Source of the DNA: a virus
Strand: one strand, 5' to 3'
Virus record (IMG/VR): IMGVR_UViG_3300025131_000005
DNA: 64,000 nucleotides
Position numbers and translations under genes: made by a program. Below are positions 9,779 through 18,424 of this stretch, piece after piece. Under the pieces are notes generated by a model, which searched no databases, was not told the origin of the DNA, and worked only from the letters and a program-made list of their open reading frames with translations. How positions within the stretch are numbered: position 1 is the first letter of the stretch; each line of letters begins with the position of its first letter.

Positions 9779-9803
9779 TTTTTAGTTTTATTTGTGGTAT
9801 CGT
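9775..9803 (+). promoter_or_regulatory. Sigma70-type promoter for the NeuB-onward genes
   Basis: TTGATT (9775-9780), 17-nt spacer ending in TGG, TATCGT (9798-9803), in an intergenic gap. Confidence 0.55.
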
Positions 9804-9837
9804 TGTGTTATGAATTTCTAACAATATGGAGAAACAA

Positions 9838-11346
9838 ATGACAAGAATGTTTGAGAAATTATTTATTTTTGAGTTTGCTAATAATCATATGGGTGATGTT
9901 GAACATGGACTCAAGATGATACGTGAATTCGCTAAGGTGAAAGAACCATACAAAGAATTTGATTTTGCAGTAAAATTTCAATTTCGTAATATAGACACGT
10001 TTATTCATCCGGATTATAAAGATCGTATGGATTTAAAATACGTAAAAAGATTTTCTGAAACTCGTCTTACATCTGAAGAATTTGCTTTATTGAAAACAGA
10101 AGCAGAAAAACATGGTTTTATTTCAATGTGCACAGGTTTCGATGAAGACTCTATTTCTTTAATTGAAGATATGGATTTTTCAATCATCAAGATTGCCAGC
10201 TGTTCTTTTACTGATTGGCCACTCCTTAACAGGATTGCTGAGACCGACATGCCAATTATTGCTTCAACTGCTGGCTCTTCTTTAGAAGATATTGATAACG
10301 TGGTCTCATTTTTTACGCATCGCAAGAAGGATTTGACCATTATGCATTGCGTTGGCGAATATCCAACAGCAACAACAAATTTACAACTTAATCAAATTTC
10401 TCTTTTGAAAAATAGATATCCTAATATTCGAATAGGTTATTCTACTCATGAGGATCCAGGTAATCCAAACATTATACCTCTAGCTATAGCACAGGGCGCT
10501 GAAGTTTTTGAAAAACATGTAGCGGTTGAAACAGAAGAGTATGCGAAAAATGCTTATTCTTCAACCCCTGGTCAAGTAAAATCCTGGCTGCACTCCGCTA
10601 GGACAGCTTACGAAATTTCGGGTGATATTGCTGGACGACCACCAGCATCCGAAAAAGAGCTTGCCGATTTGAGGAGATTCAAGCGTGGAGTTTTCGCGAA
10701 AAGAGACATTAAGAAGAATGAAGTAGTAGAAAGAAAGGATGTCTTTTATGCTTTTCCTTGTGAAGAAGGACAAGTTTTAGCAAATGACATGTCTAAATAC
10801 ACACAATTCACAGCAGAAAAGGATTTTAAGATTAATGAATCTATTTCTTTTAACAATGTACAACAAAATAATTTAAGAGAAGGGGTATATGATATTGTAC
10901 AAAATGTAAAATCATTTTTATCGGAATCAAATGTTGTATATCCTGGAGAAGCAGAGTTAGAAATTTCTCATCATTATGGAATCGATCACTTCTACGAGGT
11001 TGGGATCACAATGATCACCGTAGTAAACCGTGAATATTGTAAGAAATTAATTATCGCTTTACCGGGACAATCTCATCCGGAGCAATACCATGAAAAGAAG
11101 GGAGAAACGTTTGTTATTCTTTATGGTGATGTTGATCTTTCTTTGGACGGAGAATCGCAACGTCTTGTAAAGGGAGATGTTGTGACGATTGAACCAGGAG
11201 TTAGGCATAAATTTAAGACTTTGAATGGTTGTGTTATTGAAGAGGTTTCATCAACACACTATAAAGATGATTCTTTTTATACAGATAAAGAAATCACTAA
11301 CAATAAGAATCGAAAAACTTTTATTACACATTGGATAGGAGCATAG
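9838..11346 (+). CDS. neuB: NeuB-family (PEP-condensing nonulosonate synthase-like) protein with SAF and C-terminal cupin domains
   Basis: FEFANNHMG, AVKFQ, KIAS, MHCVGEYP, GYSTHE, EKH; SAF-like RGVFAKRDIKK; cupin HPEQYHEKKGETF...GVRHKF. Start likely the ATG at 9838 after GGAG (9826 also possible). Confidence 0.82.
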   Translation: MTRMFEKLFIFEFANNHMGDVEHGLKMIREFAKVKEPYKEFDFAVKFQFRNIDTFIHPDYKDRMDLKYVKRFSETRLTSEEFALLKTEAEKHGFISMCTGFDEDSISLIEDMDFSIIKIASCSFTDWPLLNRIAETDMPIIASTAGSSLEDIDNVVSFFTHRKKDLTIMHCVGEYPTATTNLQLNQISLLKNRYPNIRIGYSTHEDPGNPNIIPLAIAQGAEVFEKHVAVETEEYAKNAYSSTPGQVKSWLHSARTAYEISGDIAGRPPASEKELADLRRFKRGVFAKRDIKKNEVVERKDVFYAFPCEEGQVLANDMSKYTQFTAEKDFKINESISFNNVQQNNLREGVYDIVQNVKSFLSESNVVYPGEAELEISHHYGIDHFYEVGITMITVVNREYCKKLIIALPGQSHPEQYHEKKGETFVILYGDVDLSLDGESQRLVKGDVVTIEPGVRHKFKTLNGCVIEEVSSTHYKDDSFYTDKEITNNKNRKTFITHWIGA

Positions 11347-11348
11347 AA

Positions 11349-11867
11349 ATGAGTGAAGAAACGATTACAGAAAGTGGACTAAAGATAACTGTTTTACAAG
11401 AAGGCACAGGCGAGGCTCCCAAAAGCGGGCAAACTGTACTAATGCATTATGAGCTTTGGGCATCCCCCGGCGCGACATCTTCAGATTATGATTATGAAAA
11501 TAAAAAGTACATCGATAGTATTTCTTATAGCACTTATGATGAGAGAAATCCTTTTAGCGGTCCAATCCAAATTACTATCGGTAAGCAGACTCCAAAAGAT
11601 GAAATATATTCCAAAGGAGACTCGATTGGGGGTCTAGACGAAGCACTTCTTTCGATGAAGGTGGGTGCCAAGTGTTCTCTTTTAATTCCACCACATTTGG
11701 GATATGGTCCAGAAGGAGCAAGTAGCTTTCATTCATTTCATGGTTTTGTGACACCTCCAAGTCAACCTGTGCGTTGTAATATAGAATTGGTGAGTATAAT
11801 TGATGCTCAAGAGTCAAATAAAAGATCGATAGAGGATCAGCCTGAAAATGTAGCCTACGAGGGTTAA
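11349..11867 (+). CDS. FKBP-type peptidyl-prolyl isomerase with internal insertion
   Basis: EGTGEAPKSGQTVLMHY, GLDEALLSMKVG, LLIPPHLGYG, NIELV. Confidence 0.8.
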   Translation: MSEETITESGLKITVLQEGTGEAPKSGQTVLMHYELWASPGATSSDYDYENKKYIDSISYSTYDERNPFSGPIQITIGKQTPKDEIYSKGDSIGGLDEALLSMKVGAKCSLLIPPHLGYGPEGASSFHSFHGFVTPPSQPVRCNIELVSIIDAQESNKRSIEDQPENVAYEG

Positions 11868-13649
11868 ATGAAAGTAGTCGAATATGTTGCATCTTTCTTG
11901 GAAGATCGCGGCATTAAAAATATTTTTATGCTTTCGGGTGGATTCTGTTTGCCCCTGGTTGACGCTATAGCAGATAGTAATATTAATTATGTCTGTAATT
12001 TGCACGAACAAGCAGCTGCAATCTGTGCAGAAGCCCATGCACAATATACAAATTTACCTGGAGTCTGTATAGTTACTGCCGGTCCTGGAAGCACTAATAC
12101 ACTTACAGGCGTTGCTTCCGCATGGTTGGATTCAATTCCAATGATTATCTTATCCGGACAAGTTCAGCGTAAAGATATCAAAGGAACCAGAAAGGTAAGA
12201 CAAATAGGATTCCAAGAAATAGATATAGTTTCGGTAGTTAAAAACATAACAAAATGTGCATTAACTGTACTCGATCCACAAAATATCAAATGTATTATGG
12301 AATCTGCATGGCATGAAGCCACAACTGGTCGCCCTGGTCCTGTTTGGATTGATATACCGCTTGATATACAATCGGCTCAAATTAATGTAGAAAATTTGAG
12401 ATCTTTTAAGCCAGAATTAAAAACTGATAAAAGTGTAGAATTAAAGGAAAAAGTTGCACAATTTTATGAATTAATCAACGCTTCAAAAAGACCGATTTTG
12501 TTAGTAGGAAATGGTGTTAGATTAGCTAATTCTAAAGACAAGTTTTTAAAATTAATCGAGAAGCTAAATATACCTATTTTGACAACTTGGAAATCGATTG
12601 ATTTTTTGAGTGAGGATCATCCTCTTTACGCGGGCAGACCAGGATTGATTGGCCAACGAGGTGCAAATTTTTCACAGCAGAATTCGGATCTCTTTATCTC
12701 CATCGGCGCACGCCTCGATTTTGGTCAAACGGCTTTTAACCATAAAAACTTCGCCAGAAAAGCTAAAAAAATTATTATCGATATTGATGAAGCCGAAATC
12801 GATAAAATGGAATTCGATATTGACTGTCCAATTAATTTTGATGCGAAAGAATTTTTAGAAGAAGCCCTTAACCAGATTGATAAAAAAGAAAAGGACTTTC
12901 CGGAATGGTTATCAATCTGCAAAAATTGGCATGAGCGATATCCTGTTATCTTGAAAGAGTATTGGGAGCAAAAAGAATGTGTCAATAATTACGTTCTAAT
13001 CGACGCGCTATCACAAACCATGGTATCGGGAGACTTACTGATCCCTGGCTCTTCAGGAGCCTCTAGCGAGGTCACTATGCAGGCTTTTAAAGTAAAGGAC
13101 GGTACCCGAATCTTTAACAGTGAGGGGTTAGGATCGATGGGTTTTGGTGTACCTGCAGCCATTGGGGGATGTATTGCTAGTGATCGCCGCAGAACCGTCT
13201 GTGTTGACGGTGATGGAGGCTTTATAATGAATATACAGGAATTGGAGACCGTCAGGAGACTTAATTTGCCGATTAAATATTTTGTACTTAATAATGGGGG
13301 CTACGCTTCAATTCGAAATTCGCAAGGCAGGCATTTTGACAAAGAGGTCGCAAGTGGAGAAAATAGTGGTGTAACGCTGCCTGATATTGAAAAAATTAGT
13401 CATTCCTATGGAATAAAATATCATAAGTTATCAGATCACAAAAATATAGTCGCAAATGTTCAAACAATTTTAGATGAACCAGGACCGGCAATATGTGAGG
13501 TGGTGATGCTCCATACTCATGAGAGTATGCCAAGAAACTCTACCTACAAAAAAGAAGACGGTACTTTTGTCTCACTTCCTATGGAAGATCTGCTTCCTCT
13601 CTTGCCACGGGATGAGTTTGAGGCAAATATGAGCGTTAGTGATGACTAA
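11868..13649 (+). CDS. ThDP-dependent carboligase, acetolactate-synthase fold (YerE-like by context)
   Basis: HEQAA, TAGPGSTN, GRPGPVWIDIPLD, GLGSMGFG and ThDP motif GDG-x24-NN (DGDGGF...LNNGGY). Confidence 0.85.
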   Translation: MKVVEYVASFLEDRGIKNIFMLSGGFCLPLVDAIADSNINYVCNLHEQAAAICAEAHAQYTNLPGVCIVTAGPGSTNTLTGVASAWLDSIPMIILSGQVQRKDIKGTRKVRQIGFQEIDIVSVVKNITKCALTVLDPQNIKCIMESAWHEATTGRPGPVWIDIPLDIQSAQINVENLRSFKPELKTDKSVELKEKVAQFYELINASKRPILLVGNGVRLANSKDKFLKLIEKLNIPILTTWKSIDFLSEDHPLYAGRPGLIGQRGANFSQQNSDLFISIGARLDFGQTAFNHKNFARKAKKIIIDIDEAEIDKMEFDIDCPINFDAKEFLEEALNQIDKKEKDFPEWLSICKNWHERYPVILKEYWEQKECVNNYVLIDALSQTMVSGDLLIPGSSGASSEVTMQAFKVKDGTRIFNSEGLGSMGFGVPAAIGGCIASDRRRTVCVDGDGGFIMNIQELETVRRLNLPIKYFVLNNGGYASIRNSQGRHFDKEVASGENSGVTLPDIEKISHSYGIKYHKLSDHKNIVANVQTILDEPGPAICEVVMLHTHESMPRNSTYKKEDGTFVSLPMEDLLPLLPRDEFEANMSVSDD

Positions 13650-14544
13650 GAAAATCCTCATTACGGGAGGAAATGGTTTCATAGGCAGAAGCTTGTATGA
13701 ATTTCTAAGTGACCAATATTTCTTTCCTCTTGGCAAGAATATTTATTGTCTAGGACGACAAGAATTGGATTTGCTCGATAGTCAGAAAGTGTATGATTTT
13801 ATCCGAGAACATAAATTTGACGTAGTGATCCATGCTGCAACTTACGATGCGGTACCTGAATTTACCACCAAAGACACGACAAAAGTTTTGGAATACAATT
13901 TAAAGATGTTTTTCAATATTGCGCGCTGCAAAGAATATTTTGGTAAAATGATATATTTTGGCTCTGGTTCCGAAGCAGGGCGAGAGAATTTCATACCAAC
14001 TATGACGGAAGAATATATTGAGAGGAACGTTCCGGAAGACCAGTATGCTTTTTCTAAGCATGTTTCTAATGAATACGCTCAGCTTAGCGACAACATCTAT
14101 AATTTAAGAATTTTTGGATTATTTGGTAAATATGATGACTGGAGGTATCGCTTTATCTCCAATGCTTGCTGTAAAGCTGTACTAAACAAGCCTGTTATCA
14201 TAAATCAGGACGTCATGTTTGATTATGTCTATATAAATGATTTTGCAGAGATTGTTAGATGGTTTATAGAAAACAGTCCGGAACGCAAATCTTTTAATAT
14301 TTGTTCTGGACACCGCTGCAGTTATTATTCATTAGCCAAGAAGATTGTTTCGGCATCTTCAAAGGATCTTGAGATCATAACAAAGAAAGAGGGACTACGT
14401 AAAGAATATAGTGGCAACAATATGCTTTTGAAAAATACGATAAAAGATTTCAAGTTTACGTCCACAAAAGATGCGATAAAAGAGCTTTACAACTGGTATG
14501 ACGATCATAGAGATCTTATCGATGAAGATCTTTTGCTTTACTAA
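13642..14544 (+). CDS. NAD-dependent sugar epimerase/reductase (extended SDR)
   Basis: ITGGNGFIG, YAFSK (YxxxK), FDYVYINDF. ATG at 13642. Confidence 0.85.
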   Translation: MTKKILITGGNGFIGRSLYEFLSDQYFFPLGKNIYCLGRQELDLLDSQKVYDFIREHKFDVVIHAATYDAVPEFTTKDTTKVLEYNLKMFFNIARCKEYFGKMIYFGSGSEAGRENFIPTMTEEYIERNVPEDQYAFSKHVSNEYAQLSDNIYNLRIFGLFGKYDDWRYRFISNACCKAVLNKPVIINQDVMFDYVYINDFAEIVRWFIENSPERKSFNICSGHRCSYYSLAKKIVSASSKDLEIITKKEGLRKEYSGNNMLLKNTIKDFKFTSTKDAIKELYNWYDDHRDLIDEDLLLY

Positions 14545-14555
14545 CAGAGATTATT

Positions 14556-15062
14556 ATGAGAGAGGAATCATTAAAAGTTTTAGAGAAAGAAATTTCTCTC
14601 TACAGAGACAGGTTTCCGGATAATGGATTGCCGGAAGATATATTTTTTTTCACTAGCAGGATTACCCCTATTGTCAATGTAGACCTTCTGATACAGGACG
14701 AAGACAAAAGAACGCTTCTGGCCTGGAGGAATAGTTTTGAGTGGGAAGGAGAAGGGTGGCACATACCTGGCGGGATTGTGAGGTACAAGGAAGGGTTTGA
14801 AGATCGTTTACTTAAGGTATCTGAAATGGAAATTGGTACTCAAGTTGAGTTTGAAAAGGCACCCATTGCCCTTAATGAGGTGATATTACCACAAGAGACA
14901 CGAGGACATTTTGTATCAATCTTATACAAATGTTTTCTCAGCCGCGATTTCGTTCTCAGCAATAGCGGAGTTAATTGCCACCAAGAGGGATACTTGAAAT
15001 GGCACGAAGGGGCACCCACAAATCTGCTGAAGTGCCAAGATATATATAGGAAGCATTTTTAA
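14556..15062 (+). CDS. Nudix hydrolase, GDP-mannose mannosyl hydrolase-like
   Basis: TPIVNVDLLI...LLAWR...GWHIPGGIVRYKE and HFV pattern typical of the Gmm/WcaH subfamily. Confidence 0.65.
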   Translation: MREESLKVLEKEISLYRDRFPDNGLPEDIFFFTSRITPIVNVDLLIQDEDKRTLLAWRNSFEWEGEGWHIPGGIVRYKEGFEDRLLKVSEMEIGTQVEFEKAPIALNEVILPQETRGHFVSILYKCFLSRDFVLSNSGVNCHQEGYLKWHEGAPTNLLKCQDIYRKHF

Positions 15063-15072
15063 GGAAATAATT

Positions 15073-16206
15073 ATGTCCATTGATAGATGCCGAGTTTGTG
15101 GTAATAAATTGGAATTACTATTATCATACGAAAATATGCCCAAAGCCGCTCAACATATGCCTAATATGCTCGAAAGACTTGCAGAAAGGGGGGTGGATTT
15201 AGAAGTCCATCAATGTAAGGGTTGTGGACTAGCTCAATTAAATAATGAGCCGGTTCCGTATTATAAAGAAGTCATTAGGGCTGCAGCTTTTTCCGAGGAA
15301 ATGAGAAGCTTCAGAATTAAACAATTTGAAAATTTTGTTAACAAGTACTCTCTTCAAGATAAGAAAGTTATCGAGATAGGATGCGGCAAAGGAGAATTTC
15401 TTTCCTTGATGAAAGACGCCGGTACCAATGCGTATGGTATAGAGTATGCTGATGATTCGGTAAATCTCTGTAATGATAATGGATTGGAGGTGTCAAAGTT
15501 TTATATTGATAGCGAAGATGATATTTTACCAGCTGCTCCTTACGATTGTTTTTTTATAATGAATTTCTTTGAGCATTTACCGGATCCAAATACGACTCTT
15601 AGGGCTCTACATACTAATTTAGCGGACGACGGTATTGGTATTATTGAGGTGCCGAATTTTGATATGATAATAAAGAAAAAACTATTTTCTGAATTCATCG
15701 GTGATCATCTATTTTATTTCACTAAAGAGACCTTATGTAATACTTTAGCGAAGAATGGTTTTGAAGTATTAGAGTGTAGTGAAATATGGTATGATTATAT
15801 AATTTCCGTGGTTGTGAGAAAGAGAGAAAAATTAGATATAACGAATTTCTACGATCATCAAGTAAAGATAAAAAAGGAAATAGAGGATTTTATCAACCAC
15901 CACGCCGGGTTTGTGGCTATATATGGAGCTGGACACCAATCATTTGCTGTTATCTCGATGACCAAAATCGCAAATAAAATAAAATATGTTGTTGATGATG
16001 CTCCATTCAAGCAAGGAAAATACACTCCAGCAACTCATATACCAATAGTTTCCAATAAACATTTAAAAAACGATCCAGTGGATGCTATAATCGTTATGGC
16101 TGCTAGCTATTCAGACGAAGTGGCTAGAAAGATAAAACAGAATTTCAATGAAGACATATCTATAGCTATATTGAGAGATTTTGGATTAGAGGAAATTAAT
16201 GAGTAA
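15073..16206 (+). CDS. NDP-sugar C-methyltransferase-like class I SAM methyltransferase
   Basis: N-terminal Zn site CRVC...CKGC, IEIGCGKG, FFEHLPDP, EVPN, YGAGH and DDAPFKQGKYTPATHIPI C-terminal domain. Confidence 0.8.
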   Translation: MSIDRCRVCGNKLELLLSYENMPKAAQHMPNMLERLAERGVDLEVHQCKGCGLAQLNNEPVPYYKEVIRAAAFSEEMRSFRIKQFENFVNKYSLQDKKVIEIGCGKGEFLSLMKDAGTNAYGIEYADDSVNLCNDNGLEVSKFYIDSEDDILPAAPYDCFFIMNFFEHLPDPNTTLRALHTNLADDGIGIIEVPNFDMIIKKKLFSEFIGDHLFYFTKETLCNTLAKNGFEVLECSEIWYDYIISVVVRKREKLDITNFYDHQVKIKKEIEDFINHHAGFVAIYGAGHQSFAVISMTKIANKIKYVVDDAPFKQGKYTPATHIPIVSNKHLKNDPVDAIIVMAASYSDEVARKIKQNFNEDISIAILRDFGLEEINE

Positions 16207-16615
16207 AAAGAAGAAAGAATTTGTATCAAATGTTACTGGTGAAGAATGGTTCAAACACAATTCACAAAAATGGGATAGGGTTATTAAGCAGATTGGACTA
16301 ACTATAGAAGATGAAGTTCATCAGGGAAAAAAGGGCACAACGGTAACTTTGAAAAAAGGGAGTAAGGTAATTATTGATGATATTAGGGGAAGAATTAAAC
16401 CTCAATATAGAGTAAGAGATATTAACGGAAAGATATGGTTTGTGTCGGCTTTAAATGTACAGATTTTAGAAGATGAAGGTGGTAAACCAGATATAACTAA
16501 ACATAAATATCGAGGAGGTGTCCGCCATGACGGAAGTAAGGCGTCACCATATCGATATGAAGTTGAAAAAACAACTGAAGAAGAACTAGAAGATATAAGG
16601 AGTAACAATGGCTAA
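16199..16615 (+). CDS. Hypothetical protein, possible SH3/KOW-like beta barrel
   Basis: Coupled ORF overlapping both neighbours; beta-rich core TLKKGSKVIIDD...QYRVRDINGKIWFV. Confidence 0.55.
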   Translation: MSKKKKEFVSNVTGEEWFKHNSQKWDRVIKQIGLTIEDEVHQGKKGTTVTLKKGSKVIIDDIRGRIKPQYRVRDINGKIWFVSALNVQILEDEGGKPDITKHKYRGGVRHDGSKASPYRYEVEKTTEEELEDIRSNNG

Positions 16616-17939
16616 TTCACACGATACAATGTTTCAAACCCCTCTGGAAGGAAACAAACATGACCACACATTACCTTGGAACGAAGAGCAATTAAGGGCT
16701 CTCGCAGAAGGTAAGATAATGCAGAGTACCACAGTTAAAGATGAAAATCTACGCCAAAATTGGCTGAAATCACATAAGCCTCTGGTATATGATAAAATGA
16801 TGAGATACCCAGAAAAAATTGCAATGGGAGAAAGCATAGCAATTATACAATTTCAATATGATTATTTATGTAATTTTGATTGCGAACACTGCTGCATCGA
16901 CAAATTTTATGTTCCCAAAGCTTGGGAAAAGGCGTCCGGACGACGAAAATTTGAGTTAGAAGACGTAAGGCGTCTTTCTCAAGAAGCCGATGCAATGGGC
17001 TTGGCTAATTTTGTTATCACCGGAGGAGAGCCTCTTCTACTAAAAGAATATGATAAATTAGTAGAAGCCATTGACCCCAGTAAGTTTTATTTAGTTACGG
17101 ATTCAAATGGATGGTTTCTGGACAAGAAGAGGGCCAAGCATTTAAAGGCAATTGGTGTGGATAAGGTTCAATTGAGTCTAGATGGTGCCGATGCAGAAAG
17201 TCATGACACGTTCCGTCGAGCCCCCGGTTCATTTGATCGTGTAATGAAAGCGATTGATGCTTGTAAAGAAGCTGATCTCCATGTTATTTTGTCTACTGTC
17301 ATCTGGAAAGATAGAATTTATACTGAAGAGTGGAGAACTTTCTTAGATCATGCCAAAGAAAAACAAGTTGGAACATACATTGTATATGCTAAACCCGTGG
17401 GTGCCTATGAAGGTGTTACCGAACAGATGATGACAGAGAAAGAAGGAAAGATACTGCAGCAGTTTGAGGAAGAATATGATATTTTCACTCATATGACACC
17501 TTCATATGGTAGAGATATCGGGTGTATCGCAGTTAAGAGAATGGTACCTATTTCCCGCTATGGAGATGTTATGCCATGTCCTTACCAGCATGTTTCTCTT
17601 GGAAACTTTTTCGAAGAACCACTCGCAGATATTATTGGCAGAGGTCTTAATATTAAATGGTTTGATCCTAAAAAGAATATGCCCTGTATCTGTGGTGTCG
17701 ATAAAGGTTTTATTGAAGATGTCATTTCAGAATCTTATGGTGACTCAGAAGTACCGGTGAGATATGATAAGGTTTTTACTTCCGATGATTTTATCAAGAA
17801 AGATAACATGGGTGATGTGAGAGCCAATAGCGGCACCGGCAAGGAAGTGGAGACGTGGAAAAACTCTCCTTTGATCACTATCAAGGGTAAGGATCTTAAA
17901 GAATTTGATCCTATAGCAGATTCCATTAAAGGTGCTTAG
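16608..17939 (+). CDS. Radical SAM protein with SPASM/twitch domain
   Basis: CNFDCEHC (CxxxCxxC), ITGGEP, QLSLDG, and C-terminal GCIA...GDVMPC...CIC. Confidence 0.9.
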   Translation: MANSHDTMFQTPLEGNKHDHTLPWNEEQLRALAEGKIMQSTTVKDENLRQNWLKSHKPLVYDKMMRYPEKIAMGESIAIIQFQYDYLCNFDCEHCCIDKFYVPKAWEKASGRRKFELEDVRRLSQEADAMGLANFVITGGEPLLLKEYDKLVEAIDPSKFYLVTDSNGWFLDKKRAKHLKAIGVDKVQLSLDGADAESHDTFRRAPGSFDRVMKAIDACKEADLHVILSTVIWKDRIYTEEWRTFLDHAKEKQVGTYIVYAKPVGAYEGVTEQMMTEKEGKILQQFEEEYDIFTHMTPSYGRDIGCIAVKRMVPISRYGDVMPCPYQHVSLGNFFEEPLADIIGRGLNIKWFDPKKNMPCICGVDKGFIEDVISESYGDSEVPVRYDKVFTSDDFIKKDNMGDVRANSGTGKEVETWKNSPLITIKGKDLKEFDPIADSIKGA

Positions 17940-18323
17940 GTGATTACCATCACTAAAAGTGCTTTAAAGAGATTTAAAGAAGTTGCTGATTCTAATGATT
18001 TTATTAGAATAGGCGTCGTCGGCGGCGGCTGCGCCGGACTTACTTATAATATTGAAATAGAAGAGAGAGCTGACGAAGATGATATTTTGATCGAATTAGA
18101 AGGTGTCAATATATGTATTGATCGGAATAGCTCCTTTATGTTGAGTGAAACGACTGTAAACTATATAGAAACAATGCAACAATCTGGTTTTAGGTTTGAT
18201 AATCCTCAAGCCGCCAGTAGTTGTGGTTGTGGAACATCTTTTAGTCCGAAGGAAGATCCTTCTATCGATTCTTCTATCCCTCTCGCGGGAGGCTGTTCAA
18301 CTGGTGGTTGCCCCTCTAGTTGA
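17940..18323 (+). CDS. iscA: A-type Fe-S carrier (IscA/HesB family)
   Basis: GGGCAGLTY, FRFDNP and CGCGTSF; GTG start; extra Cys-containing C-terminal tail. Confidence 0.9.
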   Translation: MITITKSALKRFKEVADSNDFIRIGVVGGGCAGLTYNIEIEERADEDDILIELEGVNICIDRNSSFMLSETTVNYIETMQQSGFRFDNPQAASSCGCGTSFSPKEDPSIDSSIPLAGGCSTGGCPSS

Positions 18324-18395
18324 CACTACCGCAGATATTAAAAAATTTTCTTAAAAATACTCTAGAATGATGATATAGTAAGGTATATTATCATG

Positions 18396-18404
18396 TGGTA
18401 TATT
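18396..18404 (+). promoter_or_regulatory. Possible extended -10 promoter
   Basis: TGG-TATATT in the intergenic gap upstream of GAGG and the ATG at 18425; GGTATATT occurs twice (18382, 18397); no good -35. Confidence 0.35.
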
Positions 18405-18424
18405 TTAAGGATCAGAGGTACATA

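Noticed and set aside
11868-13649. Acetolactate synthase as an amino-acid auxiliary metabolic gene
   Set aside because: No regulatory subunit or ilvC/ilvD nearby; the neighbours are all NDP-sugar enzymes, so a YerE-like role fits better (not proven).
18320-18348. Perfect TTGACA after iscA
   Set aside because: It includes the iscA stop codon and has no -10 hexamer at 16-18 nt spacing.
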